Origin: a virus
Lineage: Duplodnaviria; Caudoviricetes
IMG/VR virus record: IMGVR_UViG_3300013947_000027
Span: 38,033 to 102,032 of that record
DNA: 64,000 nucleotides
Direction: 5' to 3' (one strand)
Position 1 is the stretch's first letter, and each line of letters starts with the position of its first letter. This document shows, in pieces, positions 45,349 through 54,613 of the stretch. The notes beneath the pieces are model-generated. The model was not told where the DNA came from. It ran no database searches and saw only the letters and a program-made list of their open reading frames with translations. Position numbers and translations under genes: made by a program.

Positions 45349-47316
45349 TTAGCCGCCAATTTCACTAGCGGCGACCGGCTGCTCCAGAGCAATAGCAGCA
45401 TAGACATCAGTCAGAGCACCAGACAGACGGGTCTCCATCAGGTACTTGTACTGGTTGAAGTCAATGTCGAAGTCTTCGAAGCTAGTGATCTCGCCACCCT
45501 TGGTGGAACCGAACTGATAGTTTGCCATGTTAACAAAGATGCCGAGCAGGTTGAACTTCTTGCCAGTCTCGTCGGTCTTAGCAGGGTCAGCCTCACGGCT
45601 CAGACCTTCCATCTGTTCAACAGTGTAGATGTTGTTGACACGGAGAACCTTCGCAAGATCAGCAGCGGAGTCATAGATACGACGGCCATTCAGGTCACGA
45701 GCAAGCAGCATGGTGTTCAGGAGATGCGGCGTGCAGTAGAAGTCGGGAGTGCCCTTAGCCTTGTACTTCTCACGAGCATGCAGAGAAGCAGCGATAATAG
45801 CCTCGGTCTGGATATACTCATCGCCAAAGTTAGCGCTGGTGTTAGTACCCTGCAGCTTCGTCTTCATACCCTCGATATCAACAGAAGCCTTGATGGTGTA
45901 CAGATCAACATCCTTCCACACCGGACGGATATGATCCTCAGAGATCTTGTCCTGATCGGTATCCTGACGGCCATCGCCAATCAGAGCAGCCAGCGCGACT
46001 TCCTCTTCGAGGTTGCGCTTCATGACATTACGCTGATAAGCGACAACGTCGAAATCGGTGATGTCGACAACATCGTCACGATGAAGAGCATCACGGAAAT
46101 AAATGGTCTGCGGGTCAGTGGTACGCATGAGAACCTTCAGGTTAGCAGAGATAGTCTTCTCCTTGTCGCGCTTGGAGTAACCCTTAGCACGGATCTCAGC
46201 GGCACGAGCGTCAATCTGCTTCGTACGGACACGGGAAACCGGGCTCTTGCGGGCCTTGGACAGGACCTGGTCAACCCAGTCATGATCACGCTCGAGCAGT
46301 TCCGGAGCGCCAGGATAAACATCCTTGTAATCCGGGAACAGCTTGCCAACCTCAGAAGTCTCAAAGCCATGAGCCAGAGTATCCTTGTGATCATCAGCGA
46401 AAGCTTCGATGGCGCTCTTCAGGGTCATACCAGGAGCCTTAGCCATCTTCAGAATTTCCTCCTGGTCTGCATGAGTCAGAACATTTGCCTGCTCCTCGGC
46501 CTCGCGATTGAAAACGTTAGTATACATAGTGTCATTTCCTCCTTCAGAATGTTTAATATTTTCGGACTTATTGTCTTCCTCGGCGTTACCTTCATCATCG
46601 GACGCGCCGGCGTCTTCGGCGACCTGAGAGAGTAAGAAGTAAAGGACTTTCTTCTGCTCTTCATTAAAGGTGTCGAGCACGTCCTTAACAGTCTTCTCGT
46701 TTTCAGGCTCCTTCTTCGGCTCTTCAGCCTTGACCTCTTCCTTCTTTTCTTCCTTAGGATCTGCCATCTTAGATTCCTCCTTGCCGGCACCTTCGCCGTC
46801 TTTGTCATTGCTAGCATGAGCGAGTGTTTCCTCTTCCTCGACAGTCTCTTCTTCAGCATGAGCGAGTACTATATCTTCGCCTGTGAAAATAATACCTGCC
46901 TCGTCAGAGTCATCACTGTGACACATGATAGTATCGATGTATGCGCCGGGATTGGCACCAGCCAGAACCAGGCTAACTTCACGGATCACACCGTGAACAA
47001 CATTACCACCCTGCTGTTTGAGCTGGTTGGCATAAATAGAGAGCTGGTTCACATCACCATGCTTAACCAGTTCTCGTCCCATCTTGCCAGACTCGCTGTC
47101 ATTGAATGTACAATAGGCGTAAACGCCTTCAGGTCTATTCTCGAGCAGAGCATGGCCCAGGACATTATCGACTTCGGTATGCTGATGATTCCAAACAAGC
47201 GGAACCTGAGCACCATCATTGTCGATAAAAGCGTCCTTCATGATCGTTCGACCATCGGAGCATCTCTTATTGACAACTGTGGCCCAACCACCAAAGTCAT
47301 AGTTATTAACTACCAT
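45349..47316 (-). CDS. Prohead protease-scaffold-major capsid fusion
   Basis: HK97-type protease motifs PLVWNH, LSI and REVSLV..ANP; acidic linker; capsid C-terminal domain. Confidence 0.9.
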   Translation of the reverse strand: MVVNNYDFGGWATVVNKRCSDGRTIMKDAFIDNDGAQVPLVWNHQHTEVDNVLGHALLENRPEGVYAYCTFNDSESGKMGRELVKHGDVNQLSIYANQLKQQGGNVVHGVIREVSLVLAGANPGAYIDTIMCHSDDSDEAGIIFTGEDIVLAHAEEETVEEEETLAHASNDKDGEGAGKEESKMADPKEEKKEEVKAEEPKKEPENEKTVKDVLDTFNEEQKKVLYFLLSQVAEDAGASDDEGNAEEDNKSENIKHSEGGNDTMYTNVFNREAEEQANVLTHADQEEILKMAKAPGMTLKSAIEAFADDHKDTLAHGFETSEVGKLFPDYKDVYPGAPELLERDHDWVDQVLSKARKSPVSRVRTKQIDARAAEIRAKGYSKRDKEKTISANLKVLMRTTDPQTIYFRDALHRDDVVDITDFDVVAYQRNVMKRNLEEEVALAALIGDGRQDTDQDKISEDHIRPVWKDVDLYTIKASVDIEGMKTKLQGTNTSANFGDEYIQTEAIIAASLHAREKYKAKGTPDFYCTPHLLNTMLLARDLNGRRIYDSAADLAKVLRVNNIYTVEQMEGLSREADPAKTDETGKKFNLLGIFVNMANYQFGSTKGGEITSFEDFDIDFNQYKYLMETRLSGALTDVYAAIALEQPVAASEIGG

Positions 47317-47351
47317 TTTGACTTTTCCTCCTTACTTCTAGATTTGTATTA

Positions 47352-48611
47352 CTAAAGTTTACTTATCGGAATGTCTAACAAAGACTCAAACTGATTTGTA
47401 GCACCGCCAGAATTAGCCAACTCCTCAGGAGAATGCGAAATATTACTATTGAGAAGCTGGTCAGCCTTAGGATCATCAGAAGGCTTGAAACCAATAATCT
47501 GGCGAATTTCGTTAGAAGTAAGAATCTCATTTCGAGTAAACTTATCTGCGATTTCAGCAATGTTGTTAATCGGCACAAGCTTAAACGGATCTCTGAACGC
47601 CATGATAGTCTGCCCTTGACTTCGAGCCGTTTTGCTCAAGAAGCTGCGTTTCATGGCATCAGCAATAGCCGAAACAATCGGCTCGATAGTTCGGTTATTA
47701 TAGTTCAGCATCGTTTTCTCATCGGCAGTGCCATCCATAATAGCCGGAGTAATACCAATCTGGCTGTAAAGCATGTTGGTAAGATACTCGATCTGGCTCA
47801 TGAGATTATTTTCAACAGGACGGTTAAGCTGCGTAATCTTTTCAGTACCATCTATGTATGCAATGCCATACGGACCTTTCAGCTGCTTGATAATGCTTTC
47901 CTTGCGATCCTCAGCCTGCTGCTTTTTAAGATCGCCCTTGACAACGTAAGGAAGCTGAATAATAAGATCCAGTTTGCCAGAACCGCTCTGCTCGTCGATC
48001 GCATCAAGAAGATTCAATTTTCTGACAAGTCTCTTCATGGTGGAGTTCGGTTCATTGATAACCGAATAGAGTGGATTCTCGATAATCGCTACCGACTTTT
48101 TTGGAAAGATAAGCTGTTCTTTTCGGCCAGTATAGTCATTGTAAGCTTCCACTTTCACACTACGAGGAAACCACTCGATAATCTTAGCAACTCGCATAGA
48201 CCTAATATCAAACGAAGTGCCAATTGTAGGATCACCCTTAGCTTCGATCGGAACAATAGCTACCGCACCTTCATCAAACATGGACATGACTACATCTTGC
48301 CTGAATGCTCGATGGGACTGATCGATGTTAGCTTCCAATGTCAAACAAGTATTGAGATCTGAGTCGACATCTTCCTTATAGCGGCCGTTTTCGTCAATCC
48401 GACAATGTCTAATATCCACTGCAGCTACGTCCATTGCAATTTTGTTATACACGGAGGTAACAATGGATCTCTCATTGCCTCTGGAGAATCTCACTCTATC
48501 AGGTCGATAAGTATAACTCATACCAGGCTCACTATAGAACATCGTGGGATCACGGTTACGAAAAGCGTTCCAGCTGTTCTTCAGCCGGGTCATTAATGTA
48601 GGTTTTTCCAT
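47352..48611 (-). CDS. Portal protein
   Basis: 419 aa, between terminase and protease; ILTSNEIRQIIG motif. Confidence 0.9.
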   Translation of the reverse strand: MEKPTLMTRLKNSWNAFRNRDPTMFYSEPGMSYTYRPDRVRFSRGNERSIVTSVYNKIAMDVAAVDIRHCRIDENGRYKEDVDSDLNTCLTLEANIDQSHRAFRQDVVMSMFDEGAVAIVPIEAKGDPTIGTSFDIRSMRVAKIIEWFPRSVKVEAYNDYTGRKEQLIFPKKSVAIIENPLYSVINEPNSTMKRLVRKLNLLDAIDEQSGSGKLDLIIQLPYVVKGDLKKQQAEDRKESIIKQLKGPYGIAYIDGTEKITQLNRPVENNLMSQIEYLTNMLYSQIGITPAIMDGTADEKTMLNYNNRTIEPIVSAIADAMKRSFLSKTARSQGQTIMAFRDPFKLVPINNIAEIADKFTRNEILTSNEIRQIIGFKPSDDPKADQLLNSNISHSPEELANSGGATNQFESLLDIPISKL

Positions 48612-48626
48612 TTAGTATTCCTCCAT

Positions 48627-49133
48627 CTAAATATTGATCTTGTTGGCATGAGTCTTTCTATAAGCGATTCGACCATCACCATAGACACCCTGTCGATACT
48701 GACTGGGATCATAGCCATAGTTTGAGAGTGCCATAAAGACACCGATTTCTCCTCGCTTAGCAACGAAAGACACCATTCTCCCGGATGGAGCTCTAATTTC
48801 TGAAGTTTTCTGACTCATGAGCTCAGCCATCTTTTTATTGTAGGCGTTCACTACCTGAGCACTGAGTTTACCATTTGTTCGGAAAGCATTCGAAAGTTGA
48901 AGGAGTTCATTGCCGTATTCATCGAGCTCCTTCTGCGAAGCTTTTTTGGCCTGTGCCGTGATTTTATCGGTCTTCTTTTTAGCCCACTTGTAGTCAGCTT
49001 TTTCAAGCCGTTTTCTACCAGCGGTGGTGAGAGATCCATCGGGGTTCTGGTATCTTCGGACTCCCCACTTCATACCTTTGATACCCCAATGATAAAGTTC
49101 ACCATCATAAGTTAAGACATATTCATTCTGCAC
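48627..49133 (-). CDS. 'ELYHWGIKGMKWGVRR' family protein (putative internal virion protein)
   Basis: N-terminal motif identical to the 51061 ORF; GTG start after AGAGGTG. Confidence 0.75.
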   Translation of the reverse strand: MQNEYVLTYDGELYHWGIKGMKWGVRRYQNPDGSLTTAGRKRLEKADYKWAKKKTDKITAQAKKASQKELDEYGNELLQLSNAFRTNGKLSAQVVNAYNKKMAELMSQKTSEIRAPSGRMVSFVAKRGEIGVFMALSNYGYDPSQYRQGVYGDGRIAYRKTHANKINI

Positions 49134-49153
49134 TTCGGCACCTCTTTTTGCGA

Positions 49154-49276
49154 TTACCAATCGTGTTTACGGTAGCTATTAGAGCCAGCCCATTTCATGC
49201 CAAGAACACCGTAATGATAGAGCTCGTCTTCGCTAATGAAAATTCCGTCAGAGGTTAGGATGTAATTGTTGGGCAT
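49154..49276 (-). pseudogene. Truncated 40-aa third 'ELYHYGVLGMKW' gene
   Basis: MPNNYILTSDGIFISEDELYHYGVLGMKW, then loses similarity and stops. Confidence 0.6.
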
Positions 49277-49297
49277 TAGTTACCCCCCCCATTCTTG

Positions 49298-51061
49298 TTA
49301 CTCAAATAAATCTTTATTAAGCTTCCATGCCACAAAGGCATCAAGCATAGACGCCACAGGGTCAATTTTGGCCTCATGACGTTTCTTTAAAAGTTTTCGG
49401 TTACCGTTTGTGTCTTCCATGGTAATTGCATTGCCCATGGCAAAAGACATAAGTTGCTCGTCGAACAACAAAGCTCTTTGCTCAGCAAGTTTCTTAAGCT
49501 CACCAAGAGGCACAGACTCTGTCTTAGAGCCCTGAATAACTTTCTCGACACCAAACGGACCATTTTCCTGTTCCCATCGCTGAACAAATTCTCTAGCGTT
49601 ATACGGGTCATATCCAAATGATCTGACGTCATACTGGTTCTCATTTATGTGATGGTCAAGATCCTCATAAACTTCCATCATATCCAGAACAGTGCCAGGC
49701 ATGACAATCAGACTACCTTCTGCAATGAATTCTTCATACTTCTGTCGCATAGCACTCGGGAGTCTTGATAATGTGTATTCGGTTATATAGTTGCGAGTCT
49801 TAATGCCGAATTCTCCTCGAGACAGTGGAAATAGAAATACGAAGGAACAGAAGTCATCACCCTGCGACAAGTCGGCTCCCATAGAACAAGCCATTTGCCA
49901 ATAACTTCGTCTTCGCTCATGTGGAAGGGTTTCGTCATAAGTGAAGAAATAGGTATAGCCTTCCATAGGGATGCCGAAACGTTTTGCCAGAATATCGTTA
50001 CGTTCAGAAGGAACTTTCTCAGCTTTCTCAACAGCTAGCTGATAAGTTTCATAAGTAACCGTATGATTAATGTTCGGCTGGGCCTTGATCCACATTGCAG
50101 GGTCATTTACTTCATCGATGGAATCAAGTTTATACCACCAAATGGATGTATGAGGATTCGGATACTCTCCCTTAAGGATCTTCATCAATTCCATTTTGAT
50201 TGTATCGCCACTGCCATTACGGACAGTACCTTCTGAGCTGATTGCAATAATCAGCCAGTCGTTATCTTCACCGGAACCCTGCTCCTTAGTTGCACCCTGT
50301 TCGAGACACTCGATAGGATTTTCTCGGACATCGCCAGAAAGCCATTCGTCGACTGTAGCAATCTTTACTCGAAGGCCTTGTAACGCGTCAATTCGCATAG
50401 GACGAACTTCGACCATAGAGTTGGTAAGGAAGTTTTGAATGCCTTTCTTTGTAGAGGCCAGCTTGACTCGGTTTTCTTTCGAGCCAGTAGTGTTTTGGAG
50501 GGAACCTTCAGTGAGGAAACGGAATAGAGGCCCTCTTGCTCGCGCAATAGAGGTTCTGATTGGGCTCATGACTTCGTCTGCCTGTTTCATCGTAGGAGCA
50601 GTACAGACTTGGTATGTGGTGCTCGTGTCGACATTTAAGAAGTAGCTCTGAATAAGAGAAGCATACATCGACTTAGCTCCACCACGAGCAACGATCAAAT
50701 ATTGTTTGTTGATAAGACGCTTCTTAATTTGTTTTGTGATCCAACGGCCACCGTGATTACCCTTGGATGGTACATAAACACTTCTTTCGACGAAGTAATA
50801 CCAGCCAAAGACCTGCTCTGCCCAGAGTTTAAACGAATCAAGAAGCTTCAAATCCTCGCCATTTGTTAGTGTAAGCTCATTCTCGCAATAAGCTATAAAC
50901 CCATCGATAGCTTTATCGTCATAGTAAATGCCTGGATTGGCGATGAGCTGATCGATACGGTTCATCTCCATCGAGATCTCTTTGCAAACTGGAATCTCTC
51001 CTCGAAGAACTTTATCGCGGAATTCTCCATAGTATTTTGGTGTAGCAGTGTTAGAGAGCAT
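49298..51061 (-). CDS. terL: Terminase large subunit
   Basis: Walker A ARGGAKS, Walker B ATVDE; nuclease motifs GADLS, GYDPYN and KIDPV. Confidence 0.95.
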   Translation of the reverse strand: MLSNTATPKYYGEFRDKVLRGEIPVCKEISMEMNRIDQLIANPGIYYDDKAIDGFIAYCENELTLTNGEDLKLLDSFKLWAEQVFGWYYFVERSVYVPSKGNHGGRWITKQIKKRLINKQYLIVARGGAKSMYASLIQSYFLNVDTSTTYQVCTAPTMKQADEVMSPIRTSIARARGPLFRFLTEGSLQNTTGSKENRVKLASTKKGIQNFLTNSMVEVRPMRIDALQGLRVKIATVDEWLSGDVRENPIECLEQGATKEQGSGEDNDWLIIAISSEGTVRNGSGDTIKMELMKILKGEYPNPHTSIWWYKLDSIDEVNDPAMWIKAQPNINHTVTYETYQLAVEKAEKVPSERNDILAKRFGIPMEGYTYFFTYDETLPHERRRSYWQMACSMGADLSQGDDFCSFVFLFPLSRGEFGIKTRNYITEYTLSRLPSAMRQKYEEFIAEGSLIVMPGTVLDMMEVYEDLDHHINENQYDVRSFGYDPYNAREFVQRWEQENGPFGVEKVIQGSKTESVPLGELKKLAEQRALLFDEQLMSFAMGNAITMEDTNGNRKLLKKRHEAKIDPVASMLDAFVAWKLNKDLFE

Positions 51062-52035
51062 CAGTCATCATCCTTTGGTGCTGGCAGATAGCCATAAATA
51101 TTAGGAGATGGCAGGCTGTACACCGGAGTATCGTTGTATCTAGAAGTCCAGGAACTTCCGTAAGAAGAATTATTGCTACTCGAAGACGCAGATCTATTAG
51201 AGTAATTGTCAACAACTTCCGCTACAACTCGCTCAGCACGTGTATTGCTAGAGCTATTTGACGAACCGCCTCCGCCACTCTTGGACTTCTTAGATTTCTT
51301 TCTCTCGCCACTCACACTGTCATCATAAACACTGGCTTTGGTTGTAGTCTCAGCGCTCTGTTTCTCCTTCTGTGCTTCCTGTTTTGCCTTTTCTTTCTTA
51401 ACATTTTTATCAATGGTGTCTTTAGACTTTTTTGCTTCATTACCAAGGATCTTCGAACCCGCTTCTCCGAGATACTGCTTGAGAAGGTTCTTACCAACCT
51501 CAGTAGCTGCAGGAGCAACAACTTTACCCATCACAGATTTCATAAGTTTCTTAGCGGCATTTTCCTTCTTAGGATGAAGCTGATTATTAAGATCTTTAAC
51601 GTCTTTCTGTAGAGCAAGATATGTCTTCTGCTTAGTCAGTTCAGCAATCTGATAGTCAATGTCGCTCTTCGGGCCATCATAGCCTAATTTCTTAGAAAGC
51701 TCCCTAAAAGAATCTTCCTGACGAAGCCTGATAACTTTCTGCATCAATTCTTGGTCTGTCATCTTAGACAGCTGATCATTGAGATAATCGTCAGAAGTTT
51801 TAGCTTTGGGAGTTTCTTTTTCGGCAAGTTTAATAGAGTCGCCGAATTTCTTCTTACCCTTTTTATTAAGAGTTCCGTCTGGGTTGAGATAGCGCTTCTT
51901 GCCAGCATCAGTCAGCGTTCCATCTGCATTTTGGTATCTACGAACGCCCCACTTCATGCCTTTAATGCCCCAATGGTAGAGTTCATCGGTGCTGACAAAG
52001 TTGCCAGATGGAGTAAGAATGTATTTAGTATCCAT
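51061..52035 (-). CDS. 'ELYHWGIKGMKWGVRR' family protein with basic, Ser-rich tail
   Basis: N-terminal motif plus RYQNADGTLTDAGKKRY. Confidence 0.8.
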   Translation of the reverse strand: MDTKYILTPSGNFVSTDELYHWGIKGMKWGVRRYQNADGTLTDAGKKRYLNPDGTLNKKGKKKFGDSIKLAEKETPKAKTSDDYLNDQLSKMTDQELMQKVIRLRQEDSFRELSKKLGYDGPKSDIDYQIAELTKQKTYLALQKDVKDLNNQLHPKKENAAKKLMKSVMGKVVAPAATEVGKNLLKQYLGEAGSKILGNEAKKSKDTIDKNVKKEKAKQEAQKEKQSAETTTKASVYDDSVSGERKKSKKSKSGGGGSSNSSSNTRAERVVAEVVDNYSNRSASSSSNNSSYGSSWTSRYNDTPVYSLPSPNIYGYLPAPKDDD

Positions 52036-52057
52036 TTTGAATTTTCGCCTCCTCTAC

Positions 52058-53137
52058 TTAAACATAGTGAATTGATCGCAGGCTATCACGGTCCCATTCA
52101 AAGACCATAAATCTGCGATGCGTGCCAATATAGTCTTCGCGATTAGACCAATCATCCACAGCAGCCCTGGAGGACAGCCTTCGGATCATCACGCCAAAGA
52201 CATCGCCCTCTTCCTCGTGATGAAGATGACCGGCATGGACTTCTCTAGTTATAGCCTGAGCGAATTCTTCCGGGTATGTAACTGCAAAGATGTGCGATAA
52301 GTTATTAGCGGTCGCGCGCTTAGAATCACCATGAGTCACCATGATAGAATTCTTGCCATAAGTGAAGACTTTTCGATATTCCATAGCATCATCGACCACG
52401 TCAGGGCCATATCTCTCGAGGAGGACTTGCATGAACATCCAGGTCACGCTACGATCATGGTTGCCGGGGGAATAAAGCACTTTAACTTCGTTCGCATTGG
52501 CGAGTGCTGTGTCAATGATAGCTGTAATAAACTTTCGTCCTTCTTTGACAGCTCTAATCATGTTGACCTTATCGATCGAAGTTCCCTTGGTTGTAGTTGC
52601 ATTGACAATGCTGTCATTGTGGAGGAAGTCTTGACCGAACGGGATCACAATTCGATCCCAATGCTGACTAGTAATGATACGCAGAACTTCATTCAGCACA
52701 GGTTCATAGTCTTCAAAGAACGAAATGCCCCAATGCATGTCAAACAGAGGAATCTCCAACATGCGGTCAGCCGAAGAATCATTTTGAGGTATGTAGTCGT
52801 AGTGTTCTGTAGCTTCCTTGAGTGTTTTCACAAGGTCGTCCAGATCGAAGTCGTTTACGCTCTGCTTGATCCATGCCTGAACAATCTCACCAGTCTTGGA
52901 GACCTGCACAGTTGCATTGTGAGCTGTAAAGCCTTCATAAGTACCGCATTCAAGTGTAGTCTCATCCGGAAAAGTGATCTTTGACCAATCGAATAATCGC
53001 CTTCTGAAGGAATTGTAAGAACAAGGAGACTCGACCTGTTTGACATAATACTCATCGTAGATCTGCTTAGAGTTGCGGCCTTCTTCTCTCAGCCGACAGC
53101 ATTCTTTCTTAACTTTAAGGGGAATGCCATTAATCAT
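52058..53137 (-). CDS. Calcineurin-like metallophosphoesterase
   Basis: DMH, GQDFLH, GNHD, HGD and GHLH motifs. Confidence 0.85.
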   Translation of the reverse strand: MINGIPLKVKKECCRLREEGRNSKQIYDEYYVKQVESPCSYNSFRRRLFDWSKITFPDETTLECGTYEGFTAHNATVQVSKTGEIVQAWIKQSVNDFDLDDLVKTLKEATEHYDYIPQNDSSADRMLEIPLFDMHWGISFFEDYEPVLNEVLRIITSQHWDRIVIPFGQDFLHNDSIVNATTTKGTSIDKVNMIRAVKEGRKFITAIIDTALANANEVKVLYSPGNHDRSVTWMFMQVLLERYGPDVVDDAMEYRKVFTYGKNSIMVTHGDSKRATANNLSHIFAVTYPEEFAQAITREVHAGHLHHEEEGDVFGVMIRRLSSRAAVDDWSNREDYIGTHRRFMVFEWDRDSLRSIHYV

Positions 53138-53152
53138 GTACTCCTCGCCTCC

Positions 53153-53491
53153 TTACTCATCAGACTCTGCTGCAACATTGAGGCGCCATTCCAGTTCAGC
53201 AATCATCCGGTTTGTAGACTCAATTACAGCGCTACTAAGAGGCGGATCAAACAGAAGCTTAACTTTAAGATACATGTAAGATTTGACTGCCTGAAGCTGA
53301 GCACTATTGCTGATGAAGTCTGTCCATTCGGTGTATTCATCCTCAATAGTAAATCCGCTTGCAGGCCCCACTCCGAGCTGAGTCAGATTAAGAAACACGC
53401 TGTTAATATGCATAATTAGGTCAGCATCGAACTGTGTATAGTCTTCGGCAATACCCAGCATCTTCTTGATTGACGTAAGTATACTGTCCAT
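53153..53491 (-). CDS. Head-tail adaptor-like protein
   Basis: MDSILTSIKKMLG...LLFDPP; small helical protein in the packaging module. Confidence 0.6.
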   Translation of the reverse strand: MDSILTSIKKMLGIAEDYTQFDADLIMHINSVFLNLTQLGVGPASGFTIEDEYTEWTDFISNSAQLQAVKSYMYLKVKLLFDPPLSSAVIESTNRMIAELEWRLNVAAESDE

Positions 53492-53515
53492 ATGGAGCCT
53501 CCTTTTCTTTTAGTT

Positions 53516-53932
53516 TTATCGTTTCCAAGGACAGGTGTCATTTTTTGTCCTTGTAATAGGTGCTCTAATAAGCAAGTTTTCATCGCCATAGTGAATGGCA
53601 TTGTGAGTGTTATGAGAGACACAGATGAGATACTCAGGATTCAGGAGAATACTAGTAAGATTGATGATGTCTTTGTCGCTTATAGGATTCATATGATGAA
53701 TAAGGATCTTTCCGCCGATCAGTCTATCTTCAATTCCTAAGTCGCATCCATTATCTCGGATAATTACTTGATCTCTGACTCGTTTCCAAGCTGCAGATCT
53801 ATAGAAATTTTGATTCAAGTATCGGTCAAAGCCGAACGTTTCCTTTCCGACTGCGCCGTTTAACTGCAGATACTTAAACCTTTCTTCAAATGTAGGAAGA
53901 GCAATTAATTCAGAGTAAGTTCTAGTAATCAA
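53516..53932 (-). CDS. Terminase-associated HNH endonuclease
   Basis: WKRVRDQVIIRDNGCD...IHHMNP...HNTHNAIH; likely TTG start after GAGGAG. Confidence 0.8.
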   Translation of the reverse strand: MITRTYSELIALPTFEERFKYLQLNGAVGKETFGFDRYLNQNFYRSAAWKRVRDQVIIRDNGCDLGIEDRLIGGKILIHHMNPISDKDIINLTSILLNPEYLICVSHNTHNAIHYGDENLLIRAPITRTKNDTCPWKR

Positions 53933-54299
53933 TGTAATCCTGCTCCTCTTCCTCACCGCTATCTCCACCATGACCGCTGTATTTCCGCATAGCTGCGATT
54001 GCTTCATTGTAGAGTTTCTTGATGTCAGCCTGATCACGAAGGGCCTGAGTTTTAGCTCGAATCAGCTCATTCTCAAGCTGGGCTCTCTCGGAGTCTAGTT
54101 TTGCTTTGGTGGATGCCAGTTTAAGATAATGGACTGTCTCCTGTGCGGAGGCTGTGCCGTCTCTTAAACGCTGCTCAACCAGATCAACTGCAAGAGATAT
54201 CATCTGGTTTTCTCGAGACTGAGGATTTAGTGCCGGTCGAATTGGTTTGAGGTCGCTAGCACTAGGCGGGGTCGGATTCTTAACTTTTGCCACGGTCAT
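53922..54299 (-). CDS. Putative terminase small subunit
   Basis: First gene of the packaging operon; 125 aa, helical/coiled-coil. Confidence 0.5.
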   Translation of the reverse strand: MTVAKVKNPTPPSASDLKPIRPALNPQSRENQMISLAVDLVEQRLRDGTASAQETVHYLKLASTKAKLDSERAQLENELIRAKTQALRDQADIKKLYNEAIAAMRKYSGHGGDSGEEEEQDYIDY

Positions 54300-54324
54300 G
54301 CCTCCTTTCTGTTTTGTTTCAGTA

Positions 54325-54471
54325 AATAGATAGTACTTACAAGAACCTGCAAGGACCGGGCCGGAAATTCATTTTGAAAGGAGTGGAAAGAAATGAACAT
54401 GAGGAGGTTTGGAGGAGAAGAAATGGCAACCTATACCCAATCCTTGCAAGCTCTTGTAAGTATTATCTATT
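54325..54471. repeat. 31-bp inverted repeat enclosing a purine-rich (plus strand) loop
   Basis: aatagatagtacttacaagaacctgcaagga ... tccttgcaagctcttgtaagtattatctatt (28/31 match). Confidence 0.85.
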
Positions 54472-54485
54472 CATCTAGTGTATTA

Positions 54486-54561
54486 TGGAGCCGTTGACAG
54501 GAATCGAACCTGCAACCTGCTGATTACAAATCAGCTGCTCTGCCTATTGAGCTACAACGGC
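54486..54561 (-). tRNA. tRNA-Thr(TGT)
   Basis: GCCGTTG/CAACGGC acceptor stem, GCTGA-TTTGTAA-TCAGC anticodon arm, GGTTCGATTCC T-arm, encoded CCA; 76 nt. Confidence 0.97.
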
Positions 54562-54563
54562 AT

Positions 54564-54601
54564 GAAAAAGACCCCTTGATCCGGGTAAGATCTTGGGGTC
54601 T
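54564..54601 (-). terminator. Terminator after the endolysin
   Basis: AGACCCC...GGGGTCT followed by TTTT. Confidence 0.7.
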
Positions 54602-54613
54602 ATGAGATTTAAA

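Noticed and set aside
54400-54486. Theta (HDV-like) ribozyme after the tRNA
   Set aside because: The trailer is AT-rich and forms a simple long hairpin; I could not find the nested double pseudoknot.
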